From Octopus sinensis (lineage: Eukaryota), in the NCBI RefSeq assembly GCF_006345805.1, contig NC_043005.1, positions 86,924,001-86,988,000 of the forward strand: a stretch of DNA of 64,000 bases, written 5' to 3'. Shown here piece after piece: positions 11,034-21,653 of the stretch. Within the stretch, counting starts at the first letter, position 1. Each line of letters begins with the position of its first letter. The notes under the pieces are model-generated. The model was given only the letters and a program-made list of their open reading frames with translations, made no database searches and had not been told where the DNA came from. Made by a program: the position numbers and the translations under genes.

Positions 11034-12019
11034 ATATTATATATATATATACATATATATGAGTGTATATAAGTTATGTATGATCTATTCTGCTATAATT
11101 ATTTAAACCCTTCCTCTATCATCAGATGTAGATAACGAAAATAATGTCACATTTTAAGTGTGAGAAAAGTCTTACATATTTTTAGGGTTCCACTTATAGC
11201 TTAATTCCTTTTTATAAAAACATTAGCTTACACAAACTCATTTAGGTATGCACTTATTTTTGTTAAGTACTCTCTCTTCTTGACGAAGCGCCAGGTTACA
11301 GGGACCTAAACACCCCAACACCGGTTGTCAAGTGGTGTGGAACACATACATATATATACATGCACACATACACACACAACCATACAAACACACACACAAA
11401 CAAACGCACATACAAACACACATACACACACACACACACAAGCACACCAACACAAATACAAACACAAACACATATATATTTTTAAAATTTAACAAAGTGA
11501 CAACGAACGGAAACTTTTACAAAAATATAACAAACAGAAAATACGTAGCTTATTCCTCATCAGCCAACGTCCAAAATCTCATTACAATTTCGCTTCTTTA
11601 AAGTTGATATTGGTCGTTCTTGGTTGAGCCAGTGGCGTAAAGTCACTGGGAATAACAAACGAGTATACAGGACATTGACGAAAACGAACACAACACCGTA
11701 AAATATACATATACAGCAAAAGAAGACATGCGGCCGCAGAGTGACATAAATGAAAATGTCCTGTAGTGCTGGAGACGATAGAAGGACAGATAGAAAGTCA
11801 GAACAAAGTAAAGTATCGGGGTGGGAAAAAGAGAGAAAGAGAGGGAAGAAGGCAATTGCGAGGCAAAGAAAGAGAAAGAGGAAAATAGACGACGCACTAA
11901 AAAAAATATATACCAAAAATACTTTACAAATGCGTTTTAAAAAGTCAGAAGTGCATAGCGTTGAAGAAATATTTATTTAAAAATTAAGAAAAGCACAGCA
12001 AACGGAAAATTAAAGTAGG

Positions 12020-12165
12020 GCTCCTTCAATTTCCGTCAGACGAATCCCCTCAGAAGCCATTGGTCGGCTTGAAACAATAGTAGACGAACAACTAGCCAAT
12101 GTTTCATGCAGTGGGACTGAACCCGGAGCCATGTGGTGAGGAAGTAAACCTCTTACCACAGAGGG
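12020..12165 (-). mobile_element. SINE-A head, diverged
   Basis: gcagtgggactgaacccgg..cttaccaca is the reverse complement of the SINE-A head. Confidence 0.65.
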
Positions 12166-13164
12166 ATAGGCGTTTTCTTCATAACTTTCATATAATATTA
12201 CAAAACATATTCACGCAACAGATATTTAAAGGGCAACCAGTTTCATTTCATCAGTTGAATGATTGCAAAGGTTTACCTCAAAGTACTGGAAATATAAACC
12301 CTCCAATAATAACATTTTGTACCCTACAAAACACCTGCGAATTAAGTCCTGTAGTTTCTCATTTTTCTGTGAATCCAAAGACGTATTAGTTTTGGCATGT
12401 GTCAAATTGTGTCTAATGGACAACATCATGTTCATTTCTATTCCAAGACCACATTCACTCCATCCATGCATTTTTGGATCAGAGAATCAACTAACACACA
12501 TCCCATTTCATCATTCATTCAAAATATCGAGATAAATATGAGAAAACAGCCAATACAGACATTCTCATCTCGTTTTTATTACCTGTTATCCAATATATCC
12601 GCAGAAGTTTGCTTGGTTCGCTTTGTCCACCTAGACAACCGCATAGGTTGAGGGAAAGGTCGTACACTAAGATTTGGTCAGTTATCTTATCGATATTTTA
12701 TCAATAATGTCGTTTTCAATATAGTGTCTTTATGATTATTTTAGATTAGATATCAGTGCTATTTCTGATTTTAGTCCAGCAACATTCGGGCATTACTGAT
12801 ATCCTTCCTGTCGTGATGTCTTAGTTGCTGGTCATGAGTATTATTAATTTCATGGCCATTTTCTTTGTAATTTCTGACATTAAAGACAGCCGCTGATTTT
12901 TTGCCACCGTGTGTATTTTGATATACGTACCACAGATGCACACATTCAAACATCCATCCATGCATATATATATATATATACATATATTCATTCATATATA
13001 CAGATATACATACATAAATACATAGATCCATGAATACACTCATAATCAAACACACGTACATTCATACATACATACATACTTACATACATACATACATACA
13101 TTCATACATACATACATACATACATACATACATACATACATACATACATACATGCATGCATGTA

Positions 13165-13650
13165 TGCATACATACAGGAATATTTGTGGAATATTCCAAT
13201 CAAAAAACTTCTATCAATGTAAACACAACAGGCCGGATATTTTTGTTTGGGACAGAGGGGCAAATTTATGTACCATCATAGAGGTCAGCTGCCCTGCACA
13301 TATAAATGTCTCTTTAAAAATCACAGACAAAAAGGATATCTATGGACAACAGCTTCGAAACAACCAGCTTCTGTATCAAGACTATGAATTCATATTCATA
13401 CCAATAATAATTGGAGCCTTAGTTTTTGTTAGTAAATGCTTAAAGGAGAATCTGAATGAACTGGGATTTTCAGAAAAGGAATTCGTACATTATTAGTGCG
13501 ATATTTGAGTGGAACAGTAAAAATATGTAAGACTTTCCTCAGGTTCCAAATGTAAATTTGTGCGAACTATATCCCAAAGATGGAGCCTTGAATGTTTGCT
13601 TCAAACCAGCTCCCTTCTCAGTTGAAGATTTATAATATTTAAAGATAGAA
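13165..13650 (+). mobile_element. R4/Dong-type LINE 3' fragment with restriction-like endonuclease
   Basis: KHNRPDIFVWD..IIEVSCP..K..Y..IPIIIGAL is the PD-(D/E)xK RLE motif order. Flanked by (TACA)n on both sides. Confidence 0.85.
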
Positions 13651-13919
13651 GAGACACACATGCATACACACACACATACCTACCTACCTACCTACAAACA
13701 TACATACAATACGTAATTCGTTATGTATTTTACCGATACTTTTTCATAACGTATCAAGTTGAAGCTATAATTACAACCCTCTCGAAAAAAAAAGCAATTT
13801 TTTCCCCACGTCGTTTGAAGTCAAAAGAAACTGATGTATACATTGCAGACCATTCTATCATTTATATAATTGTTCACTGTATTTAAAAATCTCTGCAACT
13901 GTCTTTATATCACTTCAAG

Positions 13920-13979
13920 GATATAACAGAAAACAAAACTGAAGACTACTTGACTACTGGCCATTCCGCTGTCTGCCAG
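13920..13979 (+). CDS. Candidate internal exon (DITENKTEDYLTTGHSAVCQ)
   Basis: Pyrimidine-rich ..cacttcaAG acceptor, open 60-nt phase 0-0 frame, GTCTGT donor. No homology recognised. Confidence 0.25.
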
Positions 13980-14960
13980 GTCTGTATCTGCTGTCAGATA
14001 ATTTAATGCTGAAGTCAAAAGTTGTACAAGAATAGAAATACGATATGCCCTGATTACCATTCTTTACTGCATACGATTACACATTGTATCGTTTATAAAA
14101 GACGTGATATACAATGACATACATTTACGATACACGTTACAAAATCGTGTGAGTCACCTTATTATTTGACCAAATGCAATATAAATTGGTCGTTTGTTAG
14201 TCATATGATCTCAGACGTATCAATGAGAATTCTGACCAGCTGAAATCTAAAACACGGTTATGATAAAATAAAACGCAGATAAAATTTCCTATATTTGAAA
14301 CTTTACCAAATATATGAATACATGAAATCAATGTGCAATATAATATTTGTCATGTTTGCTTGGGGAACTTCATAGATAAAACTATTTAAATTAAATTTCT
14401 TTTGCTGGAGTGATCTGCTGAAAGTTATGAAGCAAATATGAGTGCTCTGATACAGAGTATTAGCGATATGTTTTAGCAAAATATACATTAAATTTATAAA
14501 GAATGTGTAAAATATAAATGCAAGTATGAGATACAAAGTAATATAGCTACTTAAATTGTAATTAACTCCTTTTTAGAGTAAATATTAAATAGTGTCGTTC
14601 GTATTAGTACACAGAGAAGCGCGTGATGATGTCAATCAATATGTACGCAACGAGTATGGCAGCAGGCTGCCAGAATCATAGTCATGCCGAAAAACTGCTT
14701 GGCGACATTTCTTCCGTTTTGCATTCAAATACCGCGTGGGTCTACTATGCTATTAATCCTTTCGTGGTCAATGAAATAAGTACCAGTTGACTACTGGAGT
14801 CGATATATAACCAACATCCCACCTTCACCATAACTGATGGACTTGTACCAAAATTTGTAGCCAGTCTGTATATAGAAAGTAATAGAGCACATTATTTTTA
14901 ATTAAAGTCCGAACGAATTTACAATTTGGAATAAATATATATATATATATATATACATTC

Positions 14961-15409
<449 letters not shown>

Positions 15410-15413
15410 TATA

Positions 15414-15822
15414 GGCGCAGGAGTGGCTGTGTGGTAAGTAGCTTGCTAACCAACCACATGGTTTCAGGTTCAGTCCCACTGCGTGGCATCTTGGGTAAGT
15501 GTCTTCTGCTATAGCCCCGGGCCGACCAATGCCTTGTGAGTGGATTTGGTAGACGGAAACTGAAAGAAGCCTGTCGTATATATGTATAATTATATATGTG
15601 TGTGTGTATGTGTTTGTGTGTCTGTCTTTGTCCCCCTAGCATTGCTTGACAACCGATGCTAGTGTGTTTACGTCCCCGTCACTTAGCGGTTCGGCAAAAG
15701 AGACCGATAGAATAAGTAGTGGGCTTACAAAGAATAAGTCGATTTGCTCGACTAAAGGCGGTGCTCCAGCATGGCCGCAGTCAAATGACTGAAACAAGTA
15801 AAAGAGTAAAAGAGTAAAGAGA
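15414..15822 (+). mobile_element. SINE-A, full length
   Basis: Near-identical to 56546-56983 and 60203-60626. tRNA-like head, internal (TA/TG)n, and (AAAAGAGT)n tail. Confidence 0.92.
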
Positions 15823-15852
15823 ATATTTATACATACATACATACATACATAC

Positions 15853-16142
15853 GGCAACCGTGGAGAATGGCGACGTACCGTAAAAGAGGGAATACAAAGG
15901 AATGATAGAGAGAGAGAGGAGAAATGGAAAGAAAGGAAGAGACGTCAACAAGAGACTATGGCACTACAACCAGCCAGGAACAGTCTTCGCTACATTTGCG
16001 GTACCTGCCAGGGGGAGTGTTTGTCCAGGATAGGACTACACAGCCACAGCAGGAAATGTATCAGGACATGAAATATAAAAGCCGGACTAGACTACTTTGT
16101 GCGCAACTCCATTGTCTCCCGAGACAGAAAGGATGCCAACCA
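15853..16142 (+). mobile_element. RTE-clade LINE 3' fragment
   Basis: GNRGEWRRTVKEG..YICGTCQGECLSRIGLHSHSRKC* (stop 16069-16071) is the RTE C-terminal CxxC..GLxSHxR motif. (TACA)n on both sides. Confidence 0.8.
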
Positions 16143-16206
16143 ACATACATACACACACACATATATATATGTATATATATATTTTTCTTTTTTTTATTCT
16201 CTAGTT

Positions 16207-19200
16207 TCAGCTCAGAGCTGCGGCCGTGCTGATGCACCGCCGTTTTGTACTACACTGCCATTGCGAAGAACCTCGTCTAATATGTGGCATCTGGTGAATA
16301 ATGGAGTTTGATGTAGCTACTCTCATTTGCGTCTCTTGCCGTGAGGTAGGTTTATCAGGGACTCTCGACAGGAAGATGTCCAGCTTTGATTTAAAAACCG
16401 CTACATCTACTTTGTGCAAGTTCCTCAGACTCTTTGGGAGAATATTAAAAAGCTGTGGGCCTTTGCAGAAGCTGTTGCAGAAGCTGGTCCTGAAGCGTGA
16501 TGGCATTGCTGGGATCTTTGGCACTATGCAGTGTCGTCCCGTTCTAGCATTGGTGTAGCTTACAATGCCAAAATTTGGCACAATTCCTTCCAGGATCTTC
16601 CAGACATATATTACTGCATACCTCTCCCGTCTTCTCTCCAGGGAGTAGAGTCTTAGCTGTTTCAACCTTTCTCAGTAGCTGAGCTGTTGCATAGAGACGA
16701 TCTTGTTTGTGAATCTTCTCTCGATTGCTTCAAGGTCCGCTGTTAATTTCACACTGGTGGGTGACCATAGCTTTGAGCAGTAATCCAGGCGACTGAGGAC
16801 GAATGTCCGCCAGAGGACCATCATGGTTTCCTTAACTCTGGTTCTGAATGTTCTTAGGATCCACCCAGCCAGTCGTCTGCATTTTGTCGCCATCCTGGTA
16901 ATGTGCACTTGGAAAGAGGTATCATCACTCATGTCGATACACAGGTCCCTCACAGACTTAGGCTCTGGGATTGAAATTCCCTGTGGACCGGTGTATCCTG
17001 TAAGTTTAATATTCAGTTTTGGATGCTGGTAGCGCGGAGCCTGGAATTTTTCAGCATTAAACTGCATATTATTATCCTCAGCCCATCTGTAGATTGAGTC
17101 CAACTCCTGCTGCAGGTGTGCAACATCGCTGGGGTTCTGTATTTTCTGCGAGACTTTCCTATCGTCTGCATAGATGGCCAGAGTGGCTATCCGGGCATTT
17201 GAGGGCATATCTGAGAGGGCCACTATAAAAAGCAGTGATCCCAAGACAGTGCTCTGTGGAACACCGCTCACTATTTGTGTGTTCATAGAGGTGGCTCCAT
17301 TAACCACAACTGCTTGACTCCTATCTTTCAGGTAGTCATGTAACCACACTCCAAGTTTCCCAGCTATGCCGAGGTCACGCAGTTTGTGGCATATCATACC
17401 ATGATCCACCTTGTCGAAAGCTTTTGCAAAATCAATGTAGATTACGTCCACATTTGATTTGTTGAGTAACTGCCTCAACACCCAGTCATAATGCTGTAAG
17501 AGCTGGGTCAGGCAGCTCCTACTTGGTCGAAAACCATGCTGGGTATCACTCAGCAAGTTATTTTCCTCAAGGAATGCGATTAGTTTCTTTCTGACTATCC
17601 GTTCCATGACTTTGTTGATGTGTGACGTCAGAGAGATAGGCCTATAGTTTTTGGCATCTGCTCTACTTCCCCCTTTATGTATTGGGCATATTATTCCCTC
17701 CTTCAGCTTGCTTGGCAGTTTGCCATTCGCAAGAAAGCTCTGGAAGAGAATCTTGAGGGGTTTTGCCAGGGCATGCTTACACGCTTTGAGGACGATGGCT
17801 GGGAAACCATCTGGACCAGCAGCTGAGTTTGTGTCCACTTCATCTATGGCTAGTAGGACATCTTTTTCGCTAATGTCAATACATTCTATTGTAACCGCCT
17901 CGCTGGTTATAAGTGAGGCGGCAAAGAAGTCCACTGGTTCGTTCACTTGTCTGTGTTCCAACGGGGTGGTAAAGACACTTTTGAACTGGTCATTCAGTAT
18001 CTCACTGATCTTAGTTGGACTGTCTGTGAGGGAGCCATTCTTTTGGAGGAGGGGTCCTATCTTGTAGTGCACTGAGACTGTTTCTTTCGCGTAATGAAAG
18101 AAGGCCTTTGGGTTTGATTTAATATTTTTTATAACCCAGGCTTCTTTGTCTGCTTTCTCCTTCACATAGGATTATTGCAGCCTTTTTTCGATCTCCATCA
18201 GTGTTGTTTTTAGGCGGGACGTTTCGCTACTTTTAGGATGTTGGTTGAGACGATTTGCAACCTTCGTCCGTCGTCTCATGAGGATCTTCCTGTCTCTTGG
18301 AATCTTGCTCCTATTTGTTTTGGCCTTGTGCTCTGGGACATATTTCTGGCATACGGCTTGCACAGAAGACATGAAACATTCTAGTTTCACGTCAATGTCT
18401 GGTGTGGAGAGACATTCCGGCCAGTCCTCTCTGAGGATCTCTTTTTGGATCGATTTCCAATCTGCTTTGTGGAAGTTCAGATTGGAGAGATTTCGGGTGC
18501 TTCCTTTAGGCTGTATGTCTCTGGTTACTTTACTGTATGTCTCTGGCCCAAACATAGACAGCTCTATTATGTTGTGATCCGAAACTGATGTCGGTGTCAC
18601 TTTTACATCATGAATGATGTCCATATTGTTCGTGAAGCAGAGATCCAGAATGCTATTCACCCTAGTTGGCTTCAGCACAACTTGCTCCATGAAAAAGGCA
18701 TTGGTGAGGTTGAGCAGGGACTCCACCTGTACTTGCTTGCAATGATTCATTCCTGAGAATATGTGACCTTCGGGCCATTTGACGTTGGGGAAGTTGAAAT
18801 CACCCATAAGAAATATGGTCACGTGGTGTTCCAGATTCATGAGGATTTCTTTAATTCTTGTGAGGCAATCTTCAAACTTGCCTGTGTGATTTGGGGCATC
18901 CGGTGGGCAATATGTATTGCATATGACTATATTATGTTGTCTTATGTATACAATTAAAGTGTCACATACCGAATGTCATTAAGACCTGGGGTGTGAGGTC
19001 ATCTCGGATGTATACAGCAACTCCACCATGGCTCCTTTCCCTTCTGTCTGTTCGCAGTATGGCATAGTTTGGTATGTGTACTTCTGCGTCTTCTATATCA
19101 GGGTTGAGGTGAGTTTCCACAAGTGCTATGCATAGGGCTTGATTGCATGCAGTAAGATCTCTCAGGAAAGAAATTTTGTTTCTATTTTTATGCAACAGGC

Positions 19201-19240
19201 CCCCAATATTTAGTAAAAGTATTGGGGTGACGGCTGTGCA
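16207..19240 (-). pseudogene. LINE ORF2 (APE endonuclease plus reverse transcriptase), disrupted
   Basis: EN: LLNIGGL..ETHL..RTDR..GGVAVY, GDFNFP, LDLCFTN, SDHN. RT: NYRPISLTS, QHGFR, DFAKAFDKV, GVPQ, YADD. One frameshift near 18965 and two in-frame stops (18172, 16672). Confidence 0.92.
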
Positions 19241-19317
19241 GGCGTTAGGGGAGGCCATCCCGTGTCTGTTGACTGTGGTTGTCTTGCATAGTGGTGGGCA
19301 GGGTTCCTTCTCTGTGC

Positions 19318-20128
19318 TTAGTGTAGCCAGGTTAGCTGTCGGACAATTCTTTGCGCCATGCATAAAAAAGACTCTTGCTCAGCTGCTGCGTTGCACAGAA
19401 AATCTGAAGAGCGCACTTCGTTTTTGAAAGTTTTCCTGGGAGACATTTTTTGTGTTCCCTCGGTAAAGCTTTTCTCTTTGAGTCCCCTGAAATTCTGGTG
19501 GGGTGTCGGGTGGGTGAACCGGCAGTTTTTGCAGTCCTCACCGCAGGTAGAATTTACAGATTCTTCGGGGTCTTCCAGATTTTTTCTTTCATTAAGTGTA
19601 CTGGGTGGCATTGGATCCTCCATGGGGTTCTCTATTATTTGTATTGTGGGTTGGGGTTTCAGCTTTGGTTGTTTTGCCTTTTCCTCCTTTTCCCTCCTTA
19701 TTTTGTTTTCGGTCCTTCCTTTTTTCTTCTGTTTTTCTAATTTTTCATTTCTTGGTACAGGGTGGCTTCCGGTTTCTGCTCCCGTGGCTCCCCTATCCTT
19801 CACTACCTGGTCTTTCACCGGGGTAGATGATCCTGAGGAACCCCTAGATCACAGAGACTTCCGGCTTCCTTCTCTTTTCGTCCTCTTCATTTTCATCAGC
19901 CTTGCCACAATAATTTTCAATTATGTGGTCCAGTGTTTTGATGTGTGGTCTTATGAGCATGTAAGACCGGATAAATTCGCCTTTTTTTCGTTCTATTTGG
20001 TCAATGGTTCTATGAAATCCATTGTTCTTTAGCGCGGCAGTGATGATGTTGTTCGGCGGATCGCCACTAGCAATTGTCCATGCTCTTAGCAGAAGATCTA
20101 ACTCTTTCTTTTCCCACCTTGGTGCCAT
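19318..20128 (-). pseudogene. LINE ORF1, frameshifted, with N-terminal Myb/SANT (trihelix)-like domain
   Basis: MAPRWEKKELDLLLRAW..ITAALKNNGFHRTIDQIERKKGEFIRSY, then a Lys/Glu-rich linker and a Cys/His cluster (CGEDCKNCRFTHP). Confidence 0.7.
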
Positions 20129-20149
20129 CTTCGTTTTGAAGTCCAGAGG

Positions 20150-20760
20150 CTACAGAGGTAATGAGGGATAGAGAGAGGTAGAGACGGAGAAACACACAGA
20201 GGGAAATAGGGAAAGAGAGAGGGAGATAGGAAGGAAAGAGAGAGGTGCTATGAAAGAAATCGAGAGGGTGATAGGAAAGCAAGGGGGTGTGGTGTGTTAA
20301 AGAGATAGAGGAAGGTAGGGGAGGGGGAGAGGAGGGGAATAGAAGGAGAGATAGTGAAGAAGAGGGGAACATAAAGAGAGGCAGAGTGAAGGAGAGGAGG
20401 GGAAGAGAAAGAGAAAACAGAGGGAGGAAGAGGATAGCAAGAGAGAGACAGAGTGAAGGAGAGACAGGATGAAGGATGTGAGAGAGAGGGAGAGACGGAA
20501 TGAGAAGAATGGGCGAAGTATATGAGAGAGAGGGTGAGGTGACGAGAGGAGAGATAGGTGTGAGATGGAAAGGAAAGAGAAATGAGAGAAGAGGGGGATA
20601 TGAAAGGGAGGAGGAGAGATGAGAAAAAGAGTAAGATATGCAAGAGAGAGGGAAAGGGTAAGCGTAAAGAGAGATAAAGGAAGGGAGAAAAAAGCTGGAA
20701 GAGGGGGAATATATGTAAGGGAGGAGAGAGGAGATAGAAGAAAGTGAGGAAATGAAGGAA
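20150..20760. repeat. ~600-bp polypurine (GA-rich) low-complexity tract
   Basis: Almost purely A/G on the + strand; directly upstream of LINE ORF1. Confidence 0.9.
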
Positions 20761-21468
20761 TTATTTAATTCTAAATTAATTACTGGAAAATAAACATATG
20801 AAAATAATTTTTAACTGTTGGTTTTATAGAGATGACATTAAAGGTAGATTGAAAGTGAAACAGAAATTGAAAGAAAGTTATTTTCAGAAAGTTATTTTCA
20901 AAGATGGCGTCGTAAATCGTAACTGAGATGTTAGCTTATATTGAAGGAAAATAAAAGATTAATAAGCAAACTGGAAGCGATACTTATCGTAAAAGGTACA
21001 GTCCAAACCGTCGTGCTTGTACGAAGAAGTTTTCTTTCACAACATAAAAGAAAACAATTCTTTTACCATCTGACATTTGGCTGGAAATAAATTAAAGACT
21101 TGCCAAGACGTGCTTTTTCGGCGAAGAATCTAGCATGCGTAACTAACTTTACTGCATTATATTTGGCTTTAAGCGAAATATATTACGTTTTTAATTAATA
21201 TATTTTTAATTAATGTATTTTAGTAGATTTTATGAGTTAACAAGTTCTACGTTTTGTTACTTTTAGTAGATTATTTCGTCGATTTATGCAAACCTTCTTG
21301 TTTTTTCACAGAGCAAAAGCAAACACGTCTTTCCTCTACGAAAACCGGAAGTAATATATATATATTCATGATAATAATATAACAACAAAGAATGAATGAG
21401 ACCTCTATATTATGGAAAATAGAAGAATTTATCTATAAATATAATATGTGACAATTAGTTGGTTGTCA

Positions 21469-21527
21469 TAATAAAACAGTTTCGGATGCCGGGGGTGAAA
21501 TCTGCTCCGGCATCTCATCAGTTATTA
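21469..21527 (-). ncRNA. Minimal type I hammerhead-like motif
   Basis: TAATAA-CTGATGA-GATGCCGG..CCGGCATC-C-GAA-AC-T-GT-T-TTATTA: 6-bp stem I, 8-bp stem II, rudimentary stem III, GUU site, one extra C before GAAA. Confidence 0.6.
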
Positions 21528-21540
21528 TTTTTGTTTATTC

Positions 21541-21602
21541 TAATAACTGATGAGATGCCGGTCAGGCTTCAGCTCCGGCATCCAAAACTCTGTGTTTTAT
21601 TA
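21541..21602 (+). ncRNA. Minimal hammerhead-like motif with G12>A change
   Basis: Same layout as the left arm, but CAAAAC replaces CGAAAC, so probably inactive. Confidence 0.45.
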
Positions 21603-21653
21603 TGACAACCAACTAATTGTCACATATTATATATATATATATATATATATATA

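Larger units (their letters stand above)
16182..20190 (-). mobile_element. Near full-length CR1-type LINE
   Basis: ORF1, APE endonuclease, reverse transcriptase and the CR1-type C-terminus (PQLFNILP..FKSKLD..L..VPD) are all in order, followed by a short A-rich tail. Confidence 0.92.
21441..21630. repeat. 190-bp palindrome of two inverted HHR-bearing units
   Basis: ataatatgtgacaattagttggttgtcataataaaac..ctcatcagttatta / taataactgatgag..gttttattatgacaaccaactaattgtcacatattat, with a 13-nt spacer. Confidence 0.9.

Noticed and set aside
17651-20032. Long + strand ORFs (138, 110 and 224 aa)
   Set aside because: Antisense shadows of the CR1 ORF1/ORF2.
20900-21352. Promoter suggested by AAGATGGCG (YY1-like) and CCGGAAGT (ETS-like) motifs; similar pair at 54666-54785
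   Set aside because: Short motifs expected by chance, the ATGs lead to immediate stops, and there is no transcript evidence.
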